This document shows, one piece after another, positions 20,077 through 28,641 of a stretch of DNA of 64,000 bases. Within the stretch, counting starts at the first letter, position 1. The number at the start of each line of letters is the position of its first letter. Under the pieces are notes generated by a model. The model was not told the DNA's origin and did not search any database. It worked only from the letters and a program-made list of their open reading frames with translations. The position numbers were made by a program, and so were the translations under genes. The stretch is from an uncultured Acidobacteriaceae bacterium (lineage in GTDB: Bacteria > Acidobacteriota > Terriglobia > Terriglobales > Acidobacteriaceae), in assembly GCA_963730135.1 (NCBI GenBank), contig CAVSQQ010000008.1, positions 291,500-355,499 of the forward strand, read 5' to 3'.

Positions 20077-21084
20077 ATGCAGGGGGACACAGTGCAGATT
20101 CGCAGAACCGCCACAATTTTAGTTCTTATCGCCATTTTACTATTGGCCTTCACCCAGACTAGCCGGGCTACTTCGTTTTCCGCTTTGATCGTTTACGGAG
20201 ATAGCCTGACGGACAACGGGAATCTTTCCACCGCCCTTTTTGGGATGGATCCGGGCAATCCGTTCCCTCCGCCGCCAAACTTTGATGGTCGGTTCTCCAA
20301 TGGGCCCGTTTCGTCGGAACAACTGGCCGGACTACTGGGCGTGCCGCTGTTTGACTTTGCCTTTGGTGGGGCCCTGACGGGTCGCGGAGATCGGTTTGAC
20401 GGTGGCTCCGAGACCTCGGTGGGTACCGCCTTGTTGCCCGGGATGACGGAAGAGTTGGGGTTTCCGCTTCCTTCTGAATTGATACCCAGTTCGCTCTTTC
20501 TAGTGTGGGGTGGTGCAGTTGATTTCGGAAATGCGCCGGTGAGCGTAGCGGTTGCGAACATCGATCAGATTGTCGCTACTTTGCAGGCTGAGGGTGCTCA
20601 ACATATTCTGGTGCCTGGACTCCCCGATTTGGGGATGACACCTCAGTTCATGGACGATCCAGCGGCAACGCTGTACAGCGAGGAGTTCAATGCGGGTTTG
20701 CAGACCACTCTTCCTTCAGATGTCACTTACTTTGACACCGCCGGCCTCTACGATGCAATTATTGCGGATCCGAATGCTTACGGACTTACCGATGCAACGA
20801 CCCCATGTCTGACTTCAGCCATCTGCACCAATCCGGACCAGCATCTTTTCTGGGATGACTTCGACCCGACAACGGCCGCCGATACGATTCTGGCTGAGCA
20901 CTTTGATGCGGCTGTAACCGGATCGACCGGGTCGACCGCACCGGCAGTGCCGGAGCCGTCCTCGATCGTGCTGCTTGGCAGCGGAACTGTGGCGGGAGTT
21001 GTGGGGTTGCTGCGGAAGCGGAGAGGTCGTTCCAAAACTAACAAGAACAACCTGAGTTCTATTGGAAGCCGTTGGACCAGCTAA
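20077..21084 (+). CDS. SGNH/GDSL-family protein with PEP-CTERM sorting signal (catalytic His and Asn substituted)
   Basis: YGDSLTDNG, RFSNGP, GGAVD, WDDFDPT; VPEPSS-TM-RKRR tail; likely start GTG 20092. Confidence 0.85.
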   Translation: MQGDTVQIRRTATILVLIAILLLAFTQTSRATSFSALIVYGDSLTDNGNLSTALFGMDPGNPFPPPPNFDGRFSNGPVSSEQLAGLLGVPLFDFAFGGALTGRGDRFDGGSETSVGTALLPGMTEELGFPLPSELIPSSLFLVWGGAVDFGNAPVSVAVANIDQIVATLQAEGAQHILVPGLPDLGMTPQFMDDPAATLYSEEFNAGLQTTLPSDVTYFDTAGLYDAIIADPNAYGLTDATTPCLTSAICTNPDQHLFWDDFDPTTAADTILAEHFDAAVTGSTGSTAPAVPEPSSIVLLGSGTVAGVVGLLRKRRGRSKTNKNNLSSIGSRWTS

Positions 21085-21172
21085 TGGCGGAGAGACAGGG
21101 ATTCGAACCCTGGATACCTTGCGGTATACACGCTTTCCAAGCGTGCGCCTTCAGCCACTCGGCCATCTCTCC
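21085..21172 (-). tRNA. tRNA-Ser (anticodon GGA)
   Basis: Minus strand GGAGAGATGGCCGAGTGG...GCACGC-TTGGAAA-GCGTGT, long variable arm, GGTTCGAATCC T-loop, encoded CCA. Confidence 0.97.
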
Positions 21173-21245
21173 GCGATATACCGCGCTTTTTTGAATCTAA
21201 CACAGTTGAGCAGCCTGTCCGAAGACTCGCCGGCGCAGAAGCAGC

Positions 21246-23045
21246 TCAGGGCGCCTGTGCCGTAACGTCTTGTTTTACGATCGCGGACGACTTCAACTCG
21301 ATGGGAACACCCTGCATCAAATAGCGCCGAAGCGTCGACGGATCGCCCCAGTTCACCCCCCACCCATGGTCGATGGCAACCAGAATGTATTGCCCGGGAA
21401 GGACATTGGCCAGAGAAAAACTTCCGTCGGTATTCGTCTGGTCCTGCCGTAGTACGGTGATCGAGTCGCGATCTTCAATCGTGATCGGAACCAGCAGAAT
21501 CATCGCGCCCACCGACGGTTTTCCATCCATCGTCGCGATGCCGCTAAGACTCGCGCGGCCACTCGCCACGTGCACTGTCAGGCTGGACTCGCCCGCCGCC
21601 ACGGTCACATACCGCCCCGAAGTCTCCGCTCCTTTCGCTGTCAGTCCAGCCAGAAAAAGATTCGCTCGACTCTGTAGCACCACCTCATAACGCCCCGGTG
21701 GAACCTCGATCGTGGGATCGCCGTCCGGCTCTCGCGTCTCACGACGCGCTAAAGCGACACCGCCTCCCTCAAAACTATTCGTGGAAAAACTTCCGCGGTG
21801 CGTATCCATATCCACCAGACTCACCCGGAGTCCACCGTTGCGGCCTCCTCTCGAACTCGAGTCGGACTCCACAGCGCCGTCGAAGTGCACTGTGATCTTC
21901 GCCACGTCATGCGGCGGAGCGCTCAGGTCCACCGTCCGCGTCGAGTTCGCACTCACTTCCACCAGCGTGGAGTCGCCCTCCCGGTTTGGCCCCGCCAGAC
22001 TCACCCGGTACAGTCCCGGCGTCAGCCCCCCAACATCGATCTGGCCCTGTTGATCGTACCGTGTCGTGATCTGGACAAACCCCTGTCCCGCACCCGGAGT
22101 CATCTGCTGAATCACAGGAAACGCCGACGACCCCAGCGACGAGTTCTGCCCATTCGTTGTCCGCGGTGGAACCAGAATTCGCATGTGAAGCGAAGGCACC
22201 GGCACCAGGTGAAAGTCCGCCTGCCGCGTGTCGCCTGCATGAAGTTCGATCGTCTCCGCAAGCGCAGCGTCGGCAACTCCCGGGAACCACGTAACCGGAT
22301 AAGCAAAGTCCAGCGACGGATCGAGCGAAGCGGAATCCGTCTCGTTCCCACGCCCGTTTTGCGAATTCACGGCATACCACGGCTGCGCATGAAGACTCAG
22401 TCGATACGCTCCCGGAGAAAGATTTGCCAGCTCATACATGCCTCGGTCGTCGGTTCGCGCAACACCTCGCGTATTGCCGATCGGCTCCGGCCCTCCCGGC
22501 GTCGGTGGCGGAACAATCTGCAGCGTCACCTGAGCATTGCGCACCGGCTCGCCCGCTTCATCCAGAACAAGACCCGCGATGCTCGCCTCCGGGCTCAGCC
22601 GGAATTCAATATCTATCGTCGGCGCTTCCGCTGTCAGCACGATCGCGCTGGAGTACGCCTGATGCTCGTCGTAAGCCTGGCTGACAAATCCCCGCGCGCT
22701 CGCCGTCAGCCGCCACGCACCCGCCGACGGAACCGTGACCGCAAACCGCCCATGCGCATCGCAATCCACGCTGTTCGTCGCGCCCGACGCAGGGGAGCCC
22801 AGGGCAGGGAATTGCCGGCCGCCAACGCCCCCACGTCCAGCAGTCAGGGTCGGCGTCAGCCGGCAATGCGCCACCGGGTCACCGCCCACGCTGTTAACCA
22901 CGACGCCGGTAATCTCATAGTGCGGCACAGCTCCGTTCTGCTTCACCTGCGCCGAAGCCGCCCCAAGCCCCGAAACAAGCCCCGCTATCCCCGCCCACCC
23001 GATCACCACCGCCGAAAAGATTCGTACCGCCCCCTCTCGTCTCAA
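21246..23045 (-). CDS. Exported carboxypeptidase-regulatory-like (CarboxypepD_reg/Cna-B) repeat protein
   Basis: Signal region; repeated ITGVVVNS, IAGLVLDEAGEPV...TDDRGMYEL..L.PG.Y beta-sandwich units. Confidence 0.75.
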   Translation of the reverse strand: MRREGAVRIFSAVVIGWAGIAGLVSGLGAASAQVKQNGAVPHYEITGVVVNSVGGDPVAHCRLTPTLTAGRGGVGGRQFPALGSPASGATNSVDCDAHGRFAVTVPSAGAWRLTASARGFVSQAYDEHQAYSSAIVLTAEAPTIDIEFRLSPEASIAGLVLDEAGEPVRNAQVTLQIVPPPTPGGPEPIGNTRGVARTDDRGMYELANLSPGAYRLSLHAQPWYAVNSQNGRGNETDSASLDPSLDFAYPVTWFPGVADAALAETIELHAGDTRQADFHLVPVPSLHMRILVPPRTTNGQNSSLGSSAFPVIQQMTPGAGQGFVQITTRYDQQGQIDVGGLTPGLYRVSLAGPNREGDSTLVEVSANSTRTVDLSAPPHDVAKITVHFDGAVESDSSSRGGRNGGLRVSLVDMDTHRGSFSTNSFEGGGVALARRETREPDGDPTIEVPPGRYEVVLQSRANLFLAGLTAKGAETSGRYVTVAAGESSLTVHVASGRASLSGIATMDGKPSVGAMILLVPITIEDRDSITVLRQDQTNTDGSFSLANVLPGQYILVAIDHGWGVNWGDPSTLRRYLMQGVPIELKSSAIVKQDVTAQAP

Positions 23046-24736
23046 GGCGTCACCTCCGCCACCGGAACCGCATCCAGGTTCAGCGTCGGTTTATCCCCCA
23101 CGTTCACCGTAACCGAATGCACGTGGCTGCTGAACGTCGCAAGTGCCGTCGCATCCCGGTAGTCGGCCGAGTGCCGCTGTTCAAACGCAATCGCCCGGTA
23201 ACTCCCCGGCGGCAGATGAGTCACCGTGAAGGCGCCCGTTGTGCTGCTCCGCAGCGTGATCACCGCCTGTGCGCTCGGTCCGTTCGGTATCAGATAAATC
23301 CAGCACGACGCCGGACTCCCATTAAGATTCACCGCACCTTGCAGGCTGCCCGTCTGGTCGCTCACCGTCACCCGGATCGGACTGCCCGCCGCCCCCGGCA
23401 CCACCACAAGATCCCCTTGCAGCAAATCCGAGTCGCCATAGCTCACCGACTTGATGTACCACGACCCCGTATTCCGTCCCTCCAGCCGGTACCGCCCCGG
23501 CGGCGCAGTAAAGACGAAGCTCTGGTCCCGCCGCATCGTCGGCCGGATCGTCCCGTCGCCCCGGTCAGGATCAGGTTCCGCGCTCTGCAACTGCAATCCC
23601 AGCTGCTGCAGAGCAGGTGGCTGCTCACTGTTATCGGACGTCGAAGACGTATCAATCACCAACTCCACCGCAATCGACGGAACCGGAGAAAACTGCAGCA
23701 CCACCCCCGAAATATCGTGGTCGGGAACCGTCACCGTCGTCTCCGCCTGCTCCGGCCGCTCCTGATCGTTTCTTCGCGCCGTCAGCGTATACGTCCCCTG
23801 GGGAAGCTGTATCTTCGTCTCCCCGCTCGTCCCGCTGATCTGTGGATTCACCTGTAGCGTGCTTCCATCGCTCGATCGCGCTGTGATCCTCACAAAATCC
23901 CGGCCCGGGGAAGCCTCCACCGCCGTCGTCACGGTATGGACCGGCCCCACCCCCGGCCGTAGTTCAAAGTGCACCTCTTCGCCGCTATGAACCGTGATCG
24001 CCTGCGCACCACTATTAGATGAACTATCGCTCGGAACCGTCACAGGCAAAACAGCTTCTCCGATCGTGCGATCCTGCGGAGTATAGCGTGTTTCCAGCCT
24101 GTACTCGCCCGCCGACTCTGGCAGCCGGAAGTTCCCATGCGAATCCGTCTGCGTCTGGCCCACCGTCTGCCAGCGGTGCCCGGAATCATCGTAGAACCCC
24201 CGCAGCGCCGTCACTTGAATCCGCGGCAGCGGCGTGCCGTCCGGAGCGATCACCGTCCCCGTCAGCACAGCCTCAGGATAGAGCCGTAGCTCCAGCGGCA
24301 CTCCCATCTGCGCTCCGCGAAGAAACACATTACCCGCCTCCTGCATCTCCGTCGTGGCCGTATACCCCGGCTTGCTCACCAGCACATTGGCGCTGCTCTG
24401 CGTATTCTGCTCGAACCGGAACTTGCCATCATGATCGGTCAGAACCGCCCGGCTATTCAGCCGCACCAGCGCCCGCGCAATCGGCGCTCCCGTGCTTGCA
24501 TTGATCACCTGGCCCATCACCGTGCTCGGCGCCGTCGTGTCGGCTGATCCTCCCGCCGGCGAACTTCCCACCGAACCGGCGCTCAACTGCGCACGCACCG
24601 TCGTGCAGGGAATCGCAAGAAATGCCCCACACACCAAGAGGGAAAACAGCAGGCCGGGGCCTCCACAGGACACCATCCGGACTGGCGACAAAAACCACAC
24701 CGCGCGAAACCACCTGTGAACCATAAGACGACCCAC
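23042..24736 (-). CDS. Exported carboxypeptidase-regulatory-like repeat protein (paralog, coupled by 4-bp overlap)
   Basis: VMGQVINASTGAPI, LTGTVIAPDGTPL...TDSHGNFRL, TTGAFTVTHLPPGSY. Confidence 0.75.
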   Translation of the reverse strand: MGRLMVHRWFRAVWFLSPVRMVSCGGPGLLFSLLVCGAFLAIPCTTVRAQLSAGSVGSSPAGGSADTTAPSTVMGQVINASTGAPIARALVRLNSRAVLTDHDGKFRFEQNTQSSANVLVSKPGYTATTEMQEAGNVFLRGAQMGVPLELRLYPEAVLTGTVIAPDGTPLPRIQVTALRGFYDDSGHRWQTVGQTQTDSHGNFRLPESAGEYRLETRYTPQDRTIGEAVLPVTVPSDSSSNSGAQAITVHSGEEVHFELRPGVGPVHTVTTAVEASPGRDFVRITARSSDGSTLQVNPQISGTSGETKIQLPQGTYTLTARRNDQERPEQAETTVTVPDHDISGVVLQFSPVPSIAVELVIDTSSTSDNSEQPPALQQLGLQLQSAEPDPDRGDGTIRPTMRRDQSFVFTAPPGRYRLEGRNTGSWYIKSVSYGDSDLLQGDLVVVPGAAGSPIRVTVSDQTGSLQGAVNLNGSPASCWIYLIPNGPSAQAVITLRSSTTGAFTVTHLPPGSYRAIAFEQRHSADYRDATALATFSSHVHSVTVNVGDKPTLNLDAVPVAEVTP

Positions 24737-24800
24737 ACTGATATTAGTGAGAGTTAGCCATCATTGGAGCCGTACGAAGCAGTATTCCTATTCGCACTGT

Positions 24801-24828
24801 ACGTCCGATAACACATATTATGTATAGT
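24801..24828 (+). other. Candidate XerC/XerD dif site
   Basis: ACGTCCGATAA-CACATA-TTATGTATAGT, 11-6-11 layout with ATAA-N6-TTAT core; 21/28 identical to B. subtilis dif by hand. Confidence 0.7.
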
Positions 24829-24958
24829 CACGTCATGCGCAGCGATTTGGCCCCTCAAGCCAGTTCTTCCTGCCGGCATGTCTCACTCGCCCAATCCTCT
24901 GCTCACACTACCGCACAGCCATAACTTTGAATTGCCTTCGGATATGCCTCACCCACCA

Positions 24959-25219
24959 TCAATTAGAACGAATCAATTCCGCCCCAACCACCATCCCAAC
25001 CTCACACCCGCCACCGACAAAGTGAACCACCTCCAGCCGGTCGCCCGCGCTCACCCTCGTCTCACCCCACACTCCCCGCGGAACGATCGCCCCGTTATGC
25101 TCTACCGCCACCCGGTCCGCCTTCAATCCAAGTTCGCCAATCAGCTGTTCCAGACTCGCCGCCTGCGCCAGACCATCGAACGCACGCGACTCCCCATTGA
25201 GAATGACCGTCAGCGACAT
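24959..25219 (-). CDS. thiS: Sulfur carrier protein ThiS with 15-aa extension after the GG motif
   Basis: ILNGE, RVAVEHNGAIVPR, GDRLEVVHFVGGG. Confidence 0.9.
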   Translation of the reverse strand: MSLTVILNGESRAFDGLAQAASLEQLIGELGLKADRVAVEHNGAIVPRGVWGETRVSAGDRLEVVHFVGGGCEVGMVVGAELIRSN

Positions 25220-25285
25220 GGCTTCAGCCTAGCAGAGGTGCACCAGATTCCAATACCGGCGGATTATCAGACATTCGCCACCCAA

Positions 25286-25642
25286 CTACTCCAACAGCCG
25301 CACCGCCCTGCTCATCAGCCACTCTTCAAACTTCTTACTCAGCGTCCTCCGCTCCGCGAACTCCTCGAACACCTCCCGGCTCAGCCTCATCAAAATGTGA
25401 ATCGCCTCCGCAGCCGACCCATGGTCAACCGCCTGCCCCGAATATCTCCGCGAGTGCGCCAGATACTCCGCTGCATGACCCAGCGTCAGTAGCGTGCGGC
25501 CATGATGCGTCTTCGTGATGCGATGGATCGTCAGGTCCCCGACACTTGACGCCTCCCTGCCCTGCGACAGGCTGGGAAAACTTCGAACCTTCTGAGGAAC
25601 CAATGCTGGGCGGCTCGCGCCGGGAATCGCTGCTGTAGCCAT
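25286..25642 (-). CDS. Hypothetical protein
   Basis: 118-aa ORF, GGAG before ATG, plausible helical composition, fills intergenic space. Confidence 0.6.
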   Translation of the reverse strand: MATAAIPGASRPALVPQKVRSFPSLSQGREASSVGDLTIHRITKTHHGRTLLTLGHAAEYLAHSRRYSGQAVDHGSAAEAIHILMRLSREVFEEFAERRTLSKKFEEWLMSRAVRLLE

Positions 25643-25747
25643 GGACGTTAAATCCTCCGTCCACCTTCCTATCGGCTCCAGCTACTCAGGCTTTATCGCA
25701 ACCATAGCGCCGCAGCGATCGGTTCGCTTCGCCTCCCCACCAAAAGT

Positions 25748-25810
25748 CGTCATCTCGACCGAAGCTGTTCACAGCCTTATCGTGAACAGCGTAGTGGAGA
25801 GACTCCCGCA
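25748..25810. repeat. CGTC-headed REP-like palindromic element
   Basis: CGTCATCTCGACCGAAG-GCTGTTCAC/GTGAACAGC inverted repeat-GTAGTGGAGAGAC; same layout as the 27486 array. Confidence 0.6.
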
Positions 25811-25970
25811 TTTGCCTTTGCAGCTGTCTGTTCACCCAAGCATGAGTGCCCTATCTGGGCCCCGTGCTCCAATCGCAGAGGTTCTAAGTTCAGCCATTCG
25901 TAGCCGCCCCGCGCTTCTTCTTCCCGATTCTGCACGCCTCTCGAACCGGCGGCCTCTCAAAATCCTGCGT

Positions 25971-26783
25971 CTACTCATCCCGCAGCGGCCACAGATGGTT
26001 CACCGGCCCCAGCCCCTTGCCGATCGGCCCAGCCGTTCGAATCGCCTCCGCCACATACCGTTTCGCCATCACCGCCGCCTCCCTGGCATCGTCCCCCAGT
26101 ACCAGCCGACTCAGCAATGCACTCGAAAATGCGCATCCCGTTCCATGCGTCGACCGGCTCACAATCTGCTCCCCCGGCAGCCACAGCATCTCTCCTTCGG
26201 CCGGCAACAACAGATCGTCCGGCGGATTCAGATGCCCTCCTGTCACCACCACATTCAGCTCCCACCCCATACCCTGCAGCGCCGCCGCAGCCTCTTCCAC
26301 ATCTTCTCTCCGCTTCACCGGCCGGCCCGTCAGCACACCCAGCTCATCCAGATTTGGCGTCACCCAGTCCACCATCGGCAGCAGGCTCTCGCGTAGCACC
26401 GTCACCCCCGCCGCATCCAGCAGTTCCCTTCCCGAGCTCGAGCGCAATACCGGATCGAGTACAACCGGCACCCGTTCATCCTCGCCCCGCAGCTCCTCCA
26501 GAAACTTCGCGACAACCGCCACATTTGCCGCCGTCCCCAGCATCCCGATCTTGATCCCCGCCGGCGGAAGATCGCTCTCGAGACAACTCAGCGTAGCCCG
26601 CACAATCTCCGGCGGCACTGCGCTTGTCGCACGCACTCCGGCCGTCGACTGCACCGTCAGGCTCGTCACACACGAGGTCCCGAACAGACCATGCGCCGCA
26701 AACACCATCAGGTCGGCCGTCGCGCCCGCACCCGACGATGGATCGAACCCGGCAATCGTCAGGACCGTCTGCATTGCCATCAC
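25971..26783 (-). CDS. thiD: Hydroxymethylpyrimidine/phosphomethylpyrimidine kinase
   Basis: VLTIAGFDPSSGAG, IKIGML, VLDPV, VTPNLDE, THGTGC. Confidence 0.93.
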   Translation of the reverse strand: MMAMQTVLTIAGFDPSSGAGATADLMVFAAHGLFGTSCVTSLTVQSTAGVRATSAVPPEIVRATLSCLESDLPPAGIKIGMLGTAANVAVVAKFLEELRGEDERVPVVLDPVLRSSSGRELLDAAGVTVLRESLLPMVDWVTPNLDELGVLTGRPVKRREDVEEAAAALQGMGWELNVVVTGGHLNPPDDLLLPAEGEMLWLPGEQIVSRSTHGTGCAFSSALLSRLVLGDDAREAAVMAKRYVAEAIRTAGPIGKGLGPVNHLWPLRDE

Positions 26784-27427
26784 TCCGGATGCGTCTTCAG
26801 AAACTTCGTGTAGTCCGTGTCCAGCGTCTGCATCAGCCCGTCGATCAGCGTCAACTGCACCTGCAGAATCTGAATATTGGTTTTGATCGCCATCGCCTCG
26901 GCCGCGCCTGGATTGCGATCGCCCTTGTCCAAATTAAAGATCGGCGCCACGCTCACCACCGTGTCGCGGACAGCCTGTGTCTCCGCATCGTCAATCTCAT
27001 GCTGCTGATCGTAGATGTCGGAGTACTCCTGTGCCTGCGCGTACGGCATATACGAGAACGCCCCCGTGGACTGCGCCGTCTTCCAGCTCACATCGTCGAA
27101 TCCGCGAATCTTGAACTTCACCTGCAGATACTCGTAGTTCGGCACCTTCGGATTGGCGATGATCCTCTCGAGAATCGCGAGATCCTGCGTCAACACCTTC
27201 TCTTCGTTGCGCACGCCCTCCAGGTTCTCCGCCATGCTCTTGGAATTGTTGCGTATCTCCATGCGAAGGCTCGCATCGGCATCGCGCACCAGATGCCGAT
27301 GGTGCTGCCACTCCACACACCCTTCCATACTCAGCGCGATCAGCAGTCCTATCGTGATCGTGGTCAGGTGCACAAAAAAATCGCGCCAGCCTCGCACTGG
27401 CTCGTTCGGAGGATGAACATCAAGCAC
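26780..27427 (-). CDS. Hypothetical membrane-anchored coiled-coil protein
   Basis: N-terminal TM (FFVHLTTITIGLLIALSM), helical body; overlaps thiD start. Confidence 0.7.
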   Translation of the reverse strand: MLDVHPPNEPVRGWRDFFVHLTTITIGLLIALSMEGCVEWQHHRHLVRDADASLRMEIRNNSKSMAENLEGVRNEEKVLTQDLAILERIIANPKVPNYEYLQVKFKIRGFDDVSWKTAQSTGAFSYMPYAQAQEYSDIYDQQHEIDDAETQAVRDTVVSVAPIFNLDKGDRNPGAAEAMAIKTNIQILQVQLTLIDGLMQTLDTDYTKFLKTHPE

Positions 27428-27485
27428 TGTCGGTCGTCTCCTGTTTTCCCGGTATCGCCAAGCCTACCAAACCCTCCTCATCCTG

Positions 27486-27708
27486 CGCTTAAACGCTCGT
27501 CATCTTGAGCGAAGTTTGGAGCTTCCTCCAAACGCAGTCGAAGGATCTGCGGTTGCATTTGCTTCGCTTAAACGCTCGTCAACCTAAGCGAGTTTGGAGC
27601 TTGCCCCGAACCCTGTCGAAGGACCTGCGGTTGCATTTTCCTTCGCTTAAACGTTCGTCATCCTGAGCGAAGTTTGGAGCTTGCTCCAAACGCAGTCGAA
27701 GGACCTGC
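27486..27708. repeat. Three tandem 79-bp REP-like units
   Basis: Units start at 27486, 27565 and 27644; each has CGTCATCCTGAGCGAAG-like head, TTTGGAGC/GCTCCAAA hairpin (degenerate in unit 2) and GTCGAAGGACCTGC tail. Confidence 0.9.
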
Positions 27709-27822
27709 CAAGAATTCAACTCACAGCAACGTTCGAATCTTTCCGCCCGCATGTCTGCATTTGCCTTCGCTTCCGGATAGCGTTAGCCGCTGGGCAATCC
27801 TTCCTTCGTCGCGCCCACAAAG

Positions 27823-27863
27823 AGCAGCTAAACTAAATCCGTGCAGCCCACCGAAACCCCTCG
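27823..27863 (+). repeat. 41-bp direct repeat, copy 1 (duplicate of pyrF -10 region and first codons)
   Basis: AGCAGCTAAACTAAATCCGTGCAGCCCACCGAAACCCCTCG, identical to 28601-28641. Confidence 0.95.
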
Positions 27864-27887
27864 GCGGGTGGCCCAGATCTAAAATTT

Positions 27888-27930
27888 GGGTGCCCCATCT
27901 TCGCGACAGTTTCATCGTCGCTAAGGTGGG
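27888..27930. repeat. REP-like imperfect palindrome
   Basis: CCCATCTT-C-GCGAC ... GTCGC-T-AAGGTGGG hairpin. Confidence 0.6.
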
Positions 27931-28036
27931 CTCTCTTCCATGACGATGATTTTCCGCGACAGGAAGTTTGTAAAATAACGGACAACAAACGTTCTCCTGC
28001 GTCTATGACAGTTTGTTTAAATGATTTTTTGAAAGA

Positions 28037-28321
28037 ATGGCGTTGATCCCTATGAATCGAACCTCGCTGCTTTTGGGATGGTTGCTGTCAGCCTCCAAAA
28101 CAAAGGTGTTGTACGTGTTAATTGGAGCAACCACCTTCAGTCTCCTTCTCATCGCCAATGGAATTTACATAGTCATCTTTGGCCGTATCGGACCAAACTT
28201 ACGCCGGTTTCCGGAATCAGGAAAAGTTCTATCGCGTGCTCAACGCTTGATCGCTGCAAGCATGTACATCATTTTCGGAACTGCAATCCTGGTGGCATTA
28301 TTTACCACCGGCCAATACTGA
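28037..28321 (+). CDS. Small low-GC membrane protein
   Basis: 94 aa, 2-3 hydrophobic segments, AT-rich codon usage. Confidence 0.55.
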   Translation: MALIPMNRTSLLLGWLLSASKTKVLYVLIGATTFSLLLIANGIYIVIFGRIGPNLRRFPESGKVLSRAQRLIAASMYIIFGTAILVALFTTGQY

Positions 28322-28354
28322 TAGACTGCCTACTCAAACTAAAGGAATATCCGC

Positions 28355-28576
28355 ATGAGATTTTTGGTGATTGCTCTTGTCTCTATGTCAATTTGTGGCT
28401 TATCGGCACTTTGCATAGTACGTCCCGATATTGCTATTGGTTGGGCAAAGAGAGCGCATCCAGAATACGCAGGCGATGGAGCGGAGACTGCGTGGGTGGT
28501 CAGGTTAATCGGCGCAGGGGGAATCTTCATTGGGTTATATATCATCGCCCTACTTATCAGGGCAGTTGTTAGCTGA
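28355..28576 (+). CDS. Small low-GC membrane protein
   Basis: 73 aa, two TM segments, AAGGA RBS. Confidence 0.6.
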   Translation: MRFLVIALVSMSICGLSALCIVRPDIAIGWAKRAHPEYAGDGAETAWVVRLIGAGGIFIGLYIIALLIRAVVS

Positions 28577-28600
28577 TCCGCGAAGAATGCAACGCACCAA

Positions 28601-28641
28601 AGCAGCTAAACTAAATCCGTGCAGCCCACCGAAACCCCTCG
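28601..28641 (+). repeat. 41-bp direct repeat, copy 2 (start of pyrF)
   Basis: Identical to 27823-27863. Confidence 0.95.

Noticed and set aside
25220-27480. TPP riboswitch near thiS/thiD
   Set aside because: No CTGAGA/ACCTGA core found; thiS looks leaderless
27486-27708. Possible CRISPR array
   Set aside because: Whole units are similar, with no unique spacers, leader or cas genes
28560-28600. Integron attC after the small membrane genes
   Set aside because: GTTAGC is present but there is no complementary R'' box and no integrase
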